Position numbers and translations under genes: made by a program. From Eledone cirrhosa (taxonomy: Eukaryota), in the NCBI GenBank assembly GCA_964016885.1, contig CAXHJY010001738.1:62001-126000 (forward strand): 64,000 nt of DNA. Direction: 5' to 3'. The notes beneath the pieces are model-generated. The model was not told where the DNA came from. It searched no databases and saw only the letters and a program-made list of their open reading frames with translations. Each line of letters opens with the position of its first letter. Position 1 is the first letter of the stretch. Positions 35,998 through 52,405 of this stretch are shown piece by piece.

Positions 35998-37564
35998 TAA
36001 ATTGATGTCTGACATACCTCAACTGTGCTGATGGTTCAATTCCAGTCTTGGCAGTGATTAGTTATGACAAAATTCAATATTTATATACCGTAAGTTGTAA
36101 CATGAAAAATTACATATAATAGAGAGGGTACGTAGGAAGATGTGTATAAAAATATATAATAATAAATATAATAAGTATATATAAATAAGTATATATAAAG
36201 GCAAGTAATAAATATAAACATAAAACTACATAACTGTTAAAAATTTAAATAATAAAATATGTATACCTTCGTATTATGGAGGGAGTAAATGAGAGAGGGA
36301 GAGGGCTAACAGGAGGAGAGAGAGAAAAGAAAAGAGAGATGATAGTAAAAACAAAGAAAGGGAGATATGTATGGTAACATATAATTACATAAGGAGAAGG
36401 AGAATCAAGATATATGATGCGTGACTGGTTTTTTTTCAAATATTAATTTAATTAGAAATAATCAATTAGTTAAATAACTTGAAATTTTTCGACTATAATA
36501 TCTGAAAGAACCTATATTATTGTATTATATCAAAATTAAGACAAATATAAAGTGGAAAAGATAATTTAACATAACTCCAAGAGTAATGAAGAGTATATTT
36601 AAATTATTAAATATAGTCAATAATTTAGTTAAAAAGATTAAAATTAAAAATGTTATTAACTAACCATAAAGCTTATAAATGTAGTAAATATGATATTATT
36701 AAACCAGATTTATTTAGATATAAGCATTTGTATAGTTCATATATAAACTATAAGATTTAAATCAATATTTGTCAAAATTACACTTAAGAATGTTATAGAT
36801 TTGATTTAATTAGATTTTACTGTATTCAAAATTATGCATCAAGTTAAGTACAGATTATTAATCAATTTAAATAAAACGAAACTTTTATACGATAAATGTA
36901 AACAATATCCTCGTAAGACGTAAACAAACATTTAAAGTAATTAAACGGTTTATAAGTCTGAAGACATTACAGGTATCAAATTTATAAGATACAAGATTTA
37001 AAAAATACAAAATCAAAACTAAATGTATTTAAACAATCTAGAGATTAAGATACTCTATAAGAGAGCAGGTAAACAATTTCTATGGTTAGGTAGAAACCTT
37101 ATATCCAATATTAATAATTACAAGAATTATTAATCAGAGTCAATATCATTTCACACTCGGAATTATTAATAAAAGTCGAAATCATTTCACGTTTAGACAA
37201 TGTTTTTTCCTAATTTTATATGATGCTTGGAATGTAGATGCAGATTTGTGCAGGCAATTTGAGAATAATTCACTTTTTTTGTTAATTAAGTTACCATAAT
37301 TAGCTATTATTAATAGATTCTCGGTATCACAAAGATTGCAGTTAGGATAAATAGAGGAATTTTGGTAGACTTGACAATTGTGAAGCTTGGACCAAAATAT
37401 TGAGTATTTTAAATGTTTCTCTTTTAAAGACCATATTAGTTGTGATAAAGAAGTAGAAAATTTCTTATCCGGATTAGAAAAAGAATGTTTATGATTGGAA
37501 AATTTCAGTTTAAAGCTCGATGAAGTTGCACCTATGTAATTGTAGGTAATGTTATTTGCTTTAA

Positions 37565-37749
37565 GGGCGGTGGATTGGCAGTATCGGTAGAGGGCCAGAC
37601 ACCATGCTTTCCAGCATAGTTACGTCCCTTTACGATCTGAATTCAAATCCCGCCGAGGTTGACTTTGCCTTTCATCCTTACGGGGTCGATAAAATAAAGT
37701 ACCAGTAATGCACTGGATAATTGCTGGCCTTGTGCCTAAAGTAGAAACA
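37565..37749 (+). mobile_element. Full-length SINE inserted in the PLE endonuclease with a 14-bp TSD
   Basis: gttatttgctttaa at 37551-37564 and 37750-37763. Confidence 0.9.
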
Positions 37750-38394
37750 GTTATTTGCTTTAACGGTACATTTATATACTAAGTTCTTATCAAGGCAATT
37801 ATTTTGCAAAGGGCAATCAGATCTATTTCTACAGTTACATTTCGATTTTCTGTTATTACTATAATTTAAACTGTACGCGTTATCATTGCTAATATTTGTA
37901 GGTGTTCTACTGTAAGTGCTTAAATTAATGTTATTCTTATTCTCAGTATCAATATTATTGCTAATATTAATATTGTCATTATCACTAATTATCTGTTAGT
38001 TATAACTAAGAATTCTGCTATTTATTTTTGCAATGTTCTGAGCCATATTCATAGTTGTAGAGTAAGATAGCTTAACTGTGTGTCTATTGAAGATGGAATA
38101 GTATTTATGCGTTCTAGGGAAACATTTATCTAATACCTTAAAAAATAATTGTGCTAGGGGTGTTTTAATAGCTAAAGACGCTGGTGGTGCGTACCAAATA
38201 ACTGGTTTGGTTCTGATTTTTTTCCCCGATTTATTCACGAAATTAGTATTTCTCTCATTTACTCCTTCTATAATACGGAGGTATACATATTTTATTATTT
38301 AAATTTTTAACAGTTATGTAGTTTTATGTTTATATTTGTTACTTGCCTTTATATATACTTATTTATATATATACTTATTATATTATATTATAAA

Positions 38395-38785
38395 AACAGA
38401 GCTGCGCCTGTACAAGAGCATCGTGCTGCCGACAGTGCTTTACGCGAGCGAAATCTGGAAGAGCACGGCAGAGATAGAGAGACTGTTGAACACAATCCAC
38501 CAGCGGTGCCTGTGAATAGGCCTTCGTGTGTCCTGGCACGACCGAGTGTGAAACGAGGAAATCCTGCAGAGAGCCGAGTCTTGGGTGCTACAGAAGGTGG
38601 TCAAGGAGCGCCTGTGCCGCCTGATTGGCCATATTCTGCGCCTGTCCAACGAACGACACTCGAAAACAGCGATGGACTAAACTCCACCTGGCGGCAAACG
38701 GAGGGGATTACCTCAGGATCACATGGTGACGAACGTTCCGAAAAGACCTGATGGCAGCCAGCATCATTTAGCATGGACGATGTAT
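38395..38785 (+). pseudogene. Non-LTR (RTE-like) RT C-terminal fragment
   Basis: Frame reads ELRLYKSIVLPTVLYASEIWKST..RLLNTIHQRCL, then a GHILR motif; frameshifted. Confidence 0.6.
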
Positions 38786-39956
38786 TATATGTGTGTGTAT
38801 ATGTATGTATGTATATGTGTATGTATGTGTGTATGTATGTATATATATATGTATGTATTTACGTCAGGTTGCTCTTGAGTACTACTGGTAACATGTAACC
38901 CAGTACAACCTGTCGCATGCTCGGGTCGTCGGCGACTAAACCGGCAACCCCACCAAGTTTACTTGGTGAGGAGGGTGATGTTGGACACTTTGCAGGACAA
39001 AAAACAAAACCTGACAAAGGGCGGAAGAACTCATAAGGGTGAACGGCCATCCCCCAAAAATGTGTAAATATGTCTATGCATATGTATGTATATGTATATA
39101 TGTATATGCATGTGTGCATGCGTATGTATATGCGCGGGGACATAGAAATAGTCGGGCTGGACACCCGATCGCGTGGTTAAACGACTTGGAGTGAAGGACC
39201 CCTAGCCTTAATCAGGGCATTCTTCCAGAAGGCAACTCAGGAAACTGGGATAACTCCGATATAAAACCTGCGGTTCAGTAGTTACCGATGATATTGATCT
39301 TTTCTTCTTTTCAGGTTATAGCTACTGTCGCTCAGACAGTGGGATTGGCTCAGTGCACAGTCTTTCCTCACTTTAAAAAATATCATGCGCAGGCATTGCA
39401 CGATGGCATTAATTAATAATTATTAATAATAGTATATCGTGCAATGGCCATATTCGATAACGGGAGTGGAGGGGGTGGCAGCCATGATGCATGTATGTAT
39501 GTATATATATATATACATCTGTATGTATGTATATATATATATATATATCCGGGAGAGATGACCCCTGAGCCTTTGTCAAGGCAGAATTCTAGGAGAAGGA
39601 AAACTCTGATATAACACCTGCAACCCTGATGGTATCCAATGATGTTGACTTGTTCTTCTTTTTGGTAAATATCATCTTGGTTAAGAGAGTGGGACTGGCT
39701 TTGTGCAGTGCCTTTGCTCACTATAAAAGCCTCACGGCACAGGCATTGCTTTATATCTGGAGATCTCTCTGCACTTGTCGTCACATGGTACCATGGGCCC
39801 AACACTATGTGTCAATAATTGTCACAAGTGTAGTGTTTGTACCAGAGTTTTTAAGTTGCTGGCTGGACTAAAAAGTCACACTCGTTCAGCGCATCGGTAG
39901 GGGTTCTCCTACTAGATATAAAGTAGTGGCCGTACTCGAAAACGAGTTGGCAGCCA

Positions 39957-40061
<105 letters not shown>

Positions 40062-40080
40062 TATATGTATGTATGTGTGA

Positions 40081-40168
<88 letters not shown>

Positions 40169-40196
40169 ATATATGTATGTATGTATATATGTGTGA

Positions 40197-40250
<54 letters not shown>

Positions 40251-40280
40251 ATGTATGTATGTATGTATGTATATATATAT

Positions 40281-43200
40281 AACAACTAGAAATTGATTAA
40301 CATATAAATAAACATATGAACCAATCACAGGGGATCATTTTTACAAGTGTGTAAGCACACATAGCTAAGTAGGTAACTAAATAAAGTTAACTAGAACTTC
40401 AAAAATAGATACCTTATAATATGATTAATCTTCCTGTATATATTCCATTAAAGAAATATATTTCACCAATTAATGGAATAGTTGTCGATAACCCTATCTA
40501 CATATTTTTACTGTTCCATTAATGGATTGTTCTTGTAATTTCCTAACTAGTTGTGTTCTTTCTGTTCCTGTGAAGCCCAGCTTCTCAAGATTTGTATTGA
40601 GGCAGTTACTAACATACCCCAGTGCCCCAATAATCACAGGCATAAATCTGAAGGTGTAATCAGGGTGGAGTATCTGCAGATTTCTCATCAGTTCTGCATA
40701 AATATTCTCCTTTTCACTAATCTTTGATATTATATTGGCATCTGCTGGGCAGCTAATTTCCACTACTGTGAATGCCTTTTTTTCCCTGTCCCATATCATA
40801 ATATCTGGTCTGTTATGCCTGCATTTTACTGGGGTTTTTACTGGAACATTCCACCAGTACTCTTTCATATTATGTACATGGATATCTTCCACATTGCTGT
40901 AGCTTTTATGTGTTTATTATCGGGGCTATCTTTTTTACGAACTGCATTGTACAGTGTTGTGGCCACTACATTATGCCTCATAGGTAGATAGTACCGCGAT
41001 GACATCTTTGGACAACTGTTGATGACATGGGTGATATCCTCGATGTTAGTTCGCAGAGTCTGCACTTGTTATTACATCTAGGTGTTTTGCCTGCATCCCT
41101 ATCTCTTTTCTGAATCAGGTATTTCGTGTTAATCTCCTGTACTTGGATTGCAAAAGCGTATCCTTCAAAGTGGGAGCCAATATAGCGGTTGTTGGTCCAA
41201 GATAGACTACTTTCCTTATGTATATTACTCTCACTCTGGAGTTTCCTGGCAACATATCCATGCATGATTTTTTGCTGATAAGTATGCAGTTTTTCATCCA
41301 TGGATTCACTGTGATACTGCTGAGCGACTTCCCTGGGTGTGAGTTTTTGATTATCACACAGGGAATATCTCTCGAACAGTTCCTTCCCAAATCTCATGAT
41401 CTTATCTGTTTCATGCAGATAGACTTGCTCGAGAAACGGGCTCCTACGCTTCGAGGTTCGTAGATGTTGTCGGAGAGATATGATGCCACATTCAAATGTC
41501 GTCTGGACTGATGTTAGGCCTCTGCCTCCCTGCTTACGTTTCAAGTAAGGGCGGTCTATGTCACTGTTGATGTGGAAGTTTCCGGTGTTGTTTCGTATTT
41601 TTCGAGTTCTAACATCAACTGCTCGGATTTCGTCTACCATCCAATTGAGTATTCCAAACGTTGGTGTTAGGACAGGCACAGCAAACACATTGTGAGCCAA
41701 TGTTTTGTTTTGCGCAGAGAGTTCCGATGACCAGATCTTCCTTAATCAGGCGTAGTATTCTCTGGTTACGCGTTCTTTATTACAGATACCATTATAGGAT
41801 ATGTTCTCATCTATCCCCAGGTATCTGTAACCGTCCTCATCAGATATCGGTGAAACAGTTAGGCCATTGATGACAATGTTGCTAGATTGGGTTGTTGTTT
41901 TTCCCCGCTTTACAGTCATGTATGAGCATTTATCTTGGCCAAACTCCATTCCTACATCCTTTGAGAACGTTGTAACCAGGTCAAGATTTTTCTTCATCCC
42001 ATCCATGTTCTTGGCATAGAGTTTCAGATCGTCCACAAAGAAATTATGGGTTAGGTTCGTATTTCTGTCCTCCTGTGATCCAATGATGTATCCCTCACAT
42101 TTCTTGAGCAGAAAGGAGAAGGGGTTTAATGACAAGATGAATAATATCACACAGAGACTGTCCCCTGAAATATACCCCTGCAATATTTTATTTTATCAGT
42201 GAAAATAGAATCCTCCCTCTCTGTCTTTAACCTTAGGATAGTAGCCCAAGAAGAAGACAGCCTCTCTATGGCTCTGACAATAATGTCTGGGACTTTAGCA
42301 AGTTGGAGGGCCTCTATCATCCCAGAGTGAGGAACAGAATCGAAAGCTTTCCTGTAGTCCAGCCAGACTGTAGTCATATTCCTCCTAAGTTGTCGCACCT
42401 CCGACATCGCAGTTTTGTTGATTAGGAGTTGTTCAGCACATCCCCAAACCACTTTCTTTCCAGCTGCTTGTTCATCTGTGATGATGTTATTATTTTCACA
42501 GTGATCTTGGAGGAAATGGTTCAGGCAGGCTGTATACATCTTATACATCAGGTTCTGGCATGCAATGGGTCGGTAGTTTTTTGCCAAGTGAGTGTCTTTG
42601 TTCTTGGGGACCAGTAATGTTTGTGCTAATGTCAACCATTCTGGTATAAGTGTATCTCCCTTAAGAACTTGTTGGTAGAGGTCAGTAAGATACCTCCGAT
42701 AGAATATCAGTTTTTTTGTACCAGTAGCCGACAATCATGTTTCTTCCTGGTGTTTTCTTATCTTGGAGTTTTCCTATCACAGTCTCAAGGGTATCATCCT
42801 TTATTTCGTATGTTTTTGTTGTAGTGTAGGAGCAATAGTTCTTTTGGATTTCTCTTAGCCACACTGCATCTTGGTTGAAATTCTTCTTTTCACCCCATAT
42901 TTTGCTCCAAAAGGAATCTATGTCTTTCTGGGATGGGGCCTCAATGACACTTATTATTTTGCCCTTCATATCTCTATAGACTGATGTTTGGTTTCGTCTG
43001 AATCTTTTATTAAGCACTTTTCTCTCATCTACCTTCTTCAGGTATCGGCGTTTTTCGCTAACAGCTCTCAATTCTTGTTTGAGGGTGATCAGCTTATATT
43101 GAAGAGTTCTGCTTCTACTGTTACCAAACATCGTCTCTATTTTATTTTTCACTCTTTGTTGGTGAGGAGTGAGGTTTTTTTGTGTTTGTTTGTATGTAAG

Positions 43201-44295
43201 GAGCATTGTCACATATCCTATGTTTTTTCGTAGGTCAGCAATTTTTTTTTTCTAATTTAGTTGTATATGATGGCATTTTTGGTGGTGTTCTGTTCTTGTT
43301 AATATCTCTGTTATCATCAAGATAATGCTTCACTGTCGTTGCTAGGACATATAAACAGGCGTTGATTTGCCAAAATGTTGGGGGTTTTATCCGTCGTAAA
43401 TATTCAACCCCTATTTGGTCAATAACACGTAGTATTTCATTATTTGTTTTTTTATTAAACATTGTCGTTTTAATACGTTCAGCAAGAGAGATATTTATAT
43501 ATGAATTAATTTCTCTCTGGAAGATTTCGTTGAGGGGAAATTTCAATTGTTTATACTTTTGATTATTATCATTATCGATAGTATTTTCCACAACAGTCGA
43601 GGTAGACTCGGATGGTACACGTGGTGTCAAATTTCTTCGATTATTATTATTATCGATAGTGTTTTCCCCAGCATTCGAGGTAGACTTAAATGGTACATGT
43701 GGTGTCAAGTTTCTTACAGGCATAGTTGTTTCAAGGCACTGTTCGACCTGGCTGCTAGGAAGTCTAGTAGCATGGCGACCTGTAGCACGTGTTGTTGATA
43801 ACATGTTTGTTGTGGAGGACTTACAATTAATAATATTTATCTTATTTTTACGTTCAACAAACGTCGCTTGTTGGCGTAATTGTTTCGCTATGAAATAATT
43901 TAGCTCTGGGTGCATTTCGTTCCAGTGTAGCTTCATTCTGTTCATATAGCCAATGGAGGGATTGTTTTTTGCCATTTTATAACAATTAAATAAATCATTA
44001 TTAAGTTCAAAACTCCAAAAGAAATGCGATTTATAATTTCGGTTTCTTCTGTAGTTACAACTGAATAAAGTTTGTTTACCTCTCTCGTTGTGTTCAGCCA
44101 TGCTGTTTGTAGCAAATCCTTGTAAAATGAATTATGTATTTAGTCGGATATCTCTACGAATTCGAATAAAAGGTGTCTTCAGTAGATATAGTTAGAAGAA
44201 TAACCAGTTATTCAACATGACTGGTAGTTGTGGCATTACTGCCGGAGATAGTATTCATCTTAAATTTAATAAATAGTCTCCCACACCAAAATATG
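40281..44295 (-). mobile_element. Near full-length, frameshifted R4/Dong-type non-LTR retrotransposon (RT + restriction-like endonuclease)
   Basis: Consecutive minus ORFs: NYRPIAC, WLDYRKAFDSVPH, GIFQG/GDSL, FFVDDLKLY, YRYLG, GGRGL, CRLC..H...C, RHN, RPDI..D, VEISCP; 3' UTR ends in (TA)n. Confidence 0.88.
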
Positions 44296-44324
44296 CGACT
44301 GATCGCGTTGACTGTATATGTATG

Positions 44325-44356
<32 letters not shown>

Positions 44357-44458
44357 TGTATGTATGTATGTATGTATGTATGTATGTATGTATGTATGTA
44401 TGTATGCATGCATGTATGTATGTATGTATGTATGTATGTATGTATGTATGTATGTATG

Positions 44459-44492
<34 letters not shown>

Positions 44493-44507
44493 TGTATGTA
44501 TGTGTGA

Positions 44508-44619
<112 letters not shown>

Positions 44620-44799
44620 ACGACGATGATATATACGGTGTTTTGAGTATTTTAAAACAAACCAATTCTCCTTCCTCTCCAGAACACACCAGATTTCTCG
44701 CAGAGAATGATAGAGAGAGTGAGAGAGAGTGAACGAGAGGAAGTGAGAGATTTAGGAGAGAGGCTCAATCCCATTATGAGACTGGTATTTTTTTATCAA

Positions 44800-44965
44800 C
44801 CGCGAAATAATTGTTTCTACTTTAGGCACAAGGCCAACAATTTTTTGAGGGAGGTGAAAATCGATTAAATCAACCCCAGTGTATTACTGGTACTTTATGT
44901 TATCGACCCCGTAAGGATGAAAGGCAAAGCTAACCTCGGTGGGATTTGAACTCAGAATGTAAAGA
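44800..44965 (-). mobile_element. tRNA-derived SINE
   Basis: Reverse complement of the SINE core (tatcgaccccgtaaggatgaaaggc). Confidence 0.8.
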
Positions 44966-45625
44966 GTCGAAATATGAAGGTTGAAATGATGAAATCCTAA
45001 GTTGACTTGGGCAGGATTTGAACTGAGGGAGCAGAGAAGGGCGGAACGAAAGATTCAACTTGTCGTCCTCCGAGGAAACACCTTCTCTATTCTGTCCGTC
45101 GGAGCTGTGGGGAGGCCACCAATATGATTGACTGACTTGTCATTTTACCAGTCAGATTCAGCTTTACATTTAGTAGAGTTAATACACAGACATATATACA
45201 GAAAAATGTCCTCTCTCTAGCAATTGTCTCAACAACCTCACTCAACCAAGATTCAATGGTCGATTCAGTCAATTCAGCAGCGATTCAGGGATTGAGATAA
45301 AAGAAGATGAGTGTTTTTCAGCCCTATAAACTCGCTGCTTATTTCCGTTTGACTTAGAACAAACAGTTCACACTCCATCTTGGCATCAGCCTCCTTCCTG
45401 CTACGTTAAAAAATTACAAAACTTCTGTTTTATTAACCTGAAACATCAGCTGAGCTAATTGTACCGGAAGTCATTTACAAACCGGTTATGTTTATCATCA
45501 TCGCATATCTGTGTGTATGAGTATATATATTTGTGTGTGTGTATGTGCGCGTGTGTGTGCGTGTATATATATATATATATATATATACACATCCACGCAC
45601 ACACATACACACACATATATATTGT

Positions 45626-45716
<91 letters not shown>

Positions 45717-45719
<3 letters not shown>

Positions 45720-47600
45720 GAAGAACGCTGGAAGGTAATATCCGTAGTGGTAGAGCACTCAGTCCAAGGGACGAGTTAGGTAGAAGTGGTTACACAACAG
45801 TTAGGTCACCATACCGAGAATGAGAACAATTGTTTCACCTTAGCGGATCCTCAGCTCGTAATGGACATGGTATACGGAACAGGAAGGACAACCGTACGAA
45901 CGCGCATGCGCAGAAACGATCATTTCACACAGGCAATACTAAATTGCACATGTAGACTAATCCCACATGTAGACTAATAAACCCGGAACACACAGATATG
46001 GGACCAGTCAGTAAGGTGATACTTAGAAACATAGTTAAGACCATTAGGACCAAGTCCAACCTGCCCCAGTGGGAGAACAGCGACCCGTAATTAAGTGGTT
46101 TAACTCCTTCAAATCCAAAAAAGCGAAGTTCACACAGTTTGACATTCTCGATTTTTACCCGTCGATCTCAGAGACCCTGTTAAACAAAGCGTTGGACTTT
46201 GCTACCACTTATACCACCGTCGATGGTTTAGACAGGGAAATCATCGCTCACTGCCGGAAAACCCTCCTCTTCAACGACGGAGTAGCCTGGGCAAAGAAGT
46301 CTACATCTTCAGACCTGTTCGACGTCTCCATGGGATCGTTCGACAGTGCTGACGTATGCGACTTGGTTGGCCTTTTTATTTTAGACATATTACGTGTTAG
46401 ATTCCCGGACTTCCACACGGGAATATACCGCGACGATGGACTGACCTTATCGAGCCATAAAAGTGGTCACGACCTCGACCGGTTTAAAAAAGACTTAGCT
46501 TCTACCTTCAATGAGTTAGGACTTAAGATAACAGTAGCCACCAACCTCTCTAGCGTAGATTTCGCACACACACCTACAGACCCTTCCATAAGCTAAACGA
46601 AAAACTCAATTACATTCACAAGGACTCATGCCACCCTCCCACTGTTTTTAGAAACTTCGTAAATAATATCAGTACTAGAATCTCAAACCTCTCCTCTAAT
46701 AAGGCTATCTTTGACAGGGCGGCACCCTACTATAACACGGCATTAGCTAACAGCGGCTTCTCGCAACCTATCACTCACTCTCCCACTAACAACAACAGCA
46801 ATAAGAAAAGAAAGCGTAACAATAGACAAACTATCTGGTTCTCTCCTCCCTTCTCACTCAACGTTAAAACCAATGTAGGCAAAACATTTCTAGCCCTCTT
46901 AGATAGACACTTTCCCATAGGTCATAAATACTGCTCCATCTTTAACCGACACAAAGTAAAACTAGGATACTCCTGCGCTAAGAACATGAAGGCCCACATC
47001 ACCAACAGCCCTAAGAGCAACGCCCCACCAGGGTGCTCTTGCCGTAAGCCTGAATCTTGCCCCCTTCAACAGCAATGCAACACACCCGCTGTAGTTTATG
47101 AAGCTGTAGTCACTTCCAACCGACCGAATCAACCACAGGAGATCAAATCCTATGTGGGTATGGCGGAGGGCCGATTTAAGGAACCACCAGTCGACCTTTA
47201 GGTATCCGGACAGACGTTCATCCATGAAACTCGCGAGCCACGTATAGTCCTCCAAGGACTCAAGTATAGACTACTCCATTCAATGGAAAGCCATCAATAA
47301 GTCCAAGCCATACGCAAGGGGCAATCCGTCGTGTGGACTATGTATTGATGAACGAATAAATATTCTAAAGAGATTACGCAATAGTGATTGCCTAAACACG
47401 AGAAATGAATTCTTCACACGTTGTCCACACGTCTGGAAACACCTCTTACATAACTACAAAGCTCCGGATTGAATTACAACAACATCCTAATTTTCTTATC
47501 AACCAGAAACTTTTGGACGTTCGCAGTTATCTCCCTTACACCTCTCGCACGCAATTTAGTATTGTAAAATGTTGAACTAACTGTTGTATAACCACTTCTA
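45717..47600 (+). mobile_element. Decayed Hydra-like PLE (RT+EN remnant ~45975-47472) with inverted pLTR at the 5' end
   Basis: QFDILDFYPSI, SMGSFDS, GIYRDDG, CSCRKPESCPL, VVYEA..SYVG; 45781-45810 is the reverse complement of 47570-47600. Confidence 0.88.
45822..45857 (-). ncRNA. Minimal type I hammerhead in the inverted pLTR
   Basis: GAG-CUGAGGA-UCCGCUAAGGU-GAAA-CAAUUG-UU^CUC. Confidence 0.65.
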
Positions 47601-47803
47601 TATATATATATATATACAGTGGCGGACTGGCCAGGTCGTCAGCTTGCCTGGTGGTAAGTGAACCCCTGGGGGGCACTGTAGCGCTTTAGGGGCCAATACA
47701 TATAACGGTGCTTTCAAAGAAAATATCAGAAGTCCTAGAGACAGAATAAAAAATAAGAAGGACAACTAAGCATACTAGGGTCGACTTTTGCATGAGATCG
47801 AGT

Positions 47804-47929
<126 letters not shown>

Positions 47930-48084
47930 AAATTCCCGAGATCCATGGACAAGTTCTCTCCAGCAGTCTCTGTCCTTAGGGCGTCATACGTATGTTAACC
48001 TCGGTCTTCCTCTTCCAGTGTGTCCATGCAGGGGCTCCCACAAGAGCACTGAGTGGAGTGTCAACTGTGGATGTCGGTCTGCTC

Positions 48085-48300
48085 AGGGAAGATCAACCAT
48101 CAGTCATATCCTGATGCTGAGGAGGATATTAGAGGGAGCTAGAGCAAAGTGCCTTCCTGCAGCCATGGTTTTTATTGACGTTAGGAAGGCTTTTGATTCT
48201 GTGGACCGTCACTGCTTGATGAAGATCTTACAGGCTTATGGAATCCCCAAGAAGACAGTGGACCTGATATCACTGCTCTACACCAACACCAAAGCCCAAG

Positions 48301-48303
<3 letters not shown>
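48085..48303 (+). pseudogene. Non-LTR RT fragment (RTE-like)
   Basis: RSTISHILMLRRILE..VFIDVRKAFDSVDR..LQAYGIP. Confidence 0.75.
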
Positions 48304-48373
<70 letters not shown>

Positions 48374-48540
48374 AAGGTTAAACAAGGTTCAATTAATAAA
48401 TCAAAGAACTAGTTTTACAATAGATTGGAACCACTCAACAGAAATGGTTTTCCGGAGTTATTAATATTAATTCCAAATATCAACTACCATGACTGGGTCT
48501 TAACCATCTACTATGTCAGGGTATGTCATGCATCATCTTA

Positions 48541-48603
48541 TTTTATCTGATGAGGACGTACTGTTGAAGTTAGCTCAGTACCTCTGAAATATGTATAATA
48601 AAA
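48541..48603 (+). ncRNA. Type I hammerhead in a solo pLTR fold-back (48372-48650), same family as 35936
   Basis: UUUUAU-CUGAUGA-GGACGUACUG..CAGUACCUCU-GAAA-UAUGUA-UA^AUAAAA. Confidence 0.85.
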
Positions 48604-48877
48604 TATACTTGATCACAAGAAGTTCTATTTTTGTTAATATTTTGAATTAATATATATATATATATATATATACAAAGTTATAACCAGTCAGTTCATCGGA
48701 GCTTGCATTTCTTGCAAACTCCGATGAACTGACTGGTTATAACTTTGTATTGGCGATCGAGTAACGTGAAAATAAGCGGATAGCGATCTCTAGACCTACC
48801 AGTTCAGGGAAACAATTGTCAGTAATGAGATTAAAAACATTTTTTGTATAGCAAACTGTGTCACTCTTCTTCAATAA

Positions 48878-50706
<1,829 letters not shown>

Positions 50707-51049
50707 AAATGAGAGAGACAATTCTTTTTAAAAAAGAATTTTATAATGTATATAAAGTATATAAAGTATTACCGGTTTCGATGTATTAGTAAAATTCATC
50801 TTATCAAAGGTTGAGTATTACAATTAAAAAGAATAAGAAAAAAAACTAAAAATTAAAGATTTAAAATTACGAGGTAAGTTTTTTTCATCTTCCTTGTTAT
50901 ATATATCATTAGTTGTTTGTAGGGGAAAATATGAAAATAAATAATATTATGTATATTCGGCTATATTAGTACAACACTCACGAATATCTGTGTAGGCATG
51001 TCTGTCCATCTTTCTCTCCCTGTCTTTATGTATATGTATATATATATAT

Positions 51050-51873
51050 ATAATACATTATGAAAAGAGAAGAAACATTAGATATAATTAGTAATAAGAT
51101 ATATCATACCTAAGCTGCTTCTATAGTCCCCGACTACGTAGTTTCGTGGCATATTATGCAAAAACACTACATCATAGAGATATAGAGTTTTTGTGAGGTT
51201 CTGCCGACTTATCAAGAGGATACCTCATTAAGGGTTTCAAAACACGTCTGTGATGCGCGAGATAGAATCTCGAAAAGGCGGAGGGGGAGTCAATCACGTG
51301 ATACAGCAGTCAAGAAACAGAGCTAAGCCCTTTATAACCCTGAAAAAAATACCACGGAGGCAGAGGGGGTATTTATATCAAAGCCGTAGAAGAGGTGGTT
51401 TGAGGAGGCGAGAAGTATGAGTAATGGTAGCTATCCAGCAGTCACTACACTTCAAAGGTTACTCGACGAAAGGGAGTTATAAACAATATATAGAGAGAAA
51501 CACACAGATACATGCGGACACATACACATGAATATATCCACACATATCCCTGAGTTAGTGGTGCCAACCTCAACCGATGTTGCTCTATGAATAACTGGGA
51601 CAAACCAATCCGAATGGATTAGACTGATTCAGTATCAGAGCTATATAATACATTATGGAGAGAGAAGAAACATTAGATATAATTAGTAATAAGATATATC
51701 ATACCCAAACTGTCCCCGACTACGTAGTTTCGTGGCATACTGAATCAGTCTAATCCATTCGGATTGGTTTGTCCCAGTTATTCATAGAGCAACATCGGTT
51801 GAGGTTGGTACCACTAACTCAAGGATATATGTGGATATATTCATGTGTATGTATGTGTCCGCATGTATCTGTG

Positions 51874-51880
<7 letters not shown>
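51050..51880 (-). mobile_element. Family D diverged copy (period ~595) with inverted piece 51739-51880
   Basis: Reverse-complement homolog of 33278-34268; agaaacatta at 51071 and 51666. Confidence 0.85.
51127..51220 (-). ncRNA. Type I hammerhead, U3-A8 variant
   Basis: UCCUC-UUGAUAA-GUCGGCA...UGCCAC-GAAA-CUACGUAG-UC^GGGGA. Confidence 0.75.
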
Positions 51881-51955
<75 letters not shown>

Positions 51956-51961
<6 letters not shown>

Positions 51962-52396
51962 TAAAATTAGTCCGTCATCAGTGATCTTCCAGCCTTCATT
52001 GGTATTTCTTCGCTTTAAAGATCATATACCTCTGGTTGGTGCGAGCAATAACTAAAGAAAATTATTGGGACACGTAAAATAGGGTGAAGCGAGCGAGACA
52101 TGTAAACAAACATAGATGGTAATGCAACGGAAAGATAGGAAGAGGGGAAAACAAGTCTGTGATATCTGTGAACTTAAGTTCTGTGAAATCATAGACGAGG
52201 AGAGATACAGGCCATCCGACCTATGTGAGATGTGAGCGAGAAAAGGATTTCACACAGGTCAAACGGGAGGAAGTGAGAGAGGGGGAGAAGCAGAGAGTGA
52301 GTGAGTGAAAGTGTGAGGCTGAAATATCACTGATGAAGGACTAATTTTATTCATATGTAACCCATGTGCAACCACGCAGCACGCCATTTTTCATAT
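51956..52396 (-). mobile_element. Truncated relative of families A/B with inverted 3' tail (52326-52396)
   Basis: Homology to 34500-35036; PLE-type inverted terminus; bounded by (TA)n. Confidence 0.8.
51970..52071 (-). ncRNA. Rearranged hammerhead ribozyme (third homolog)
   Basis: GGUAU-A^UGAUCUU..GCGAA-GAAA-UACC..AAGAUCA-CUGAUGA-CGGAC. Confidence 0.72.
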
Positions 52397-52405
52397 ATAT
52401 ATATA

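Larger units (their letters stand above)
35790..38270 (-). mobile_element. 5'-truncated Hydra-like PLE (coding remnant ~37183-38238, AT-rich 3' UTR, pLTR)
   Basis: VIWYAPP..CFPRTHKYYSIFNRHTVKLSYS, CNCR..DCPLQNNC, YIGATSSSFKL, CNLCDTE: homologous to the 820-aa ORF. Confidence 0.85.
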
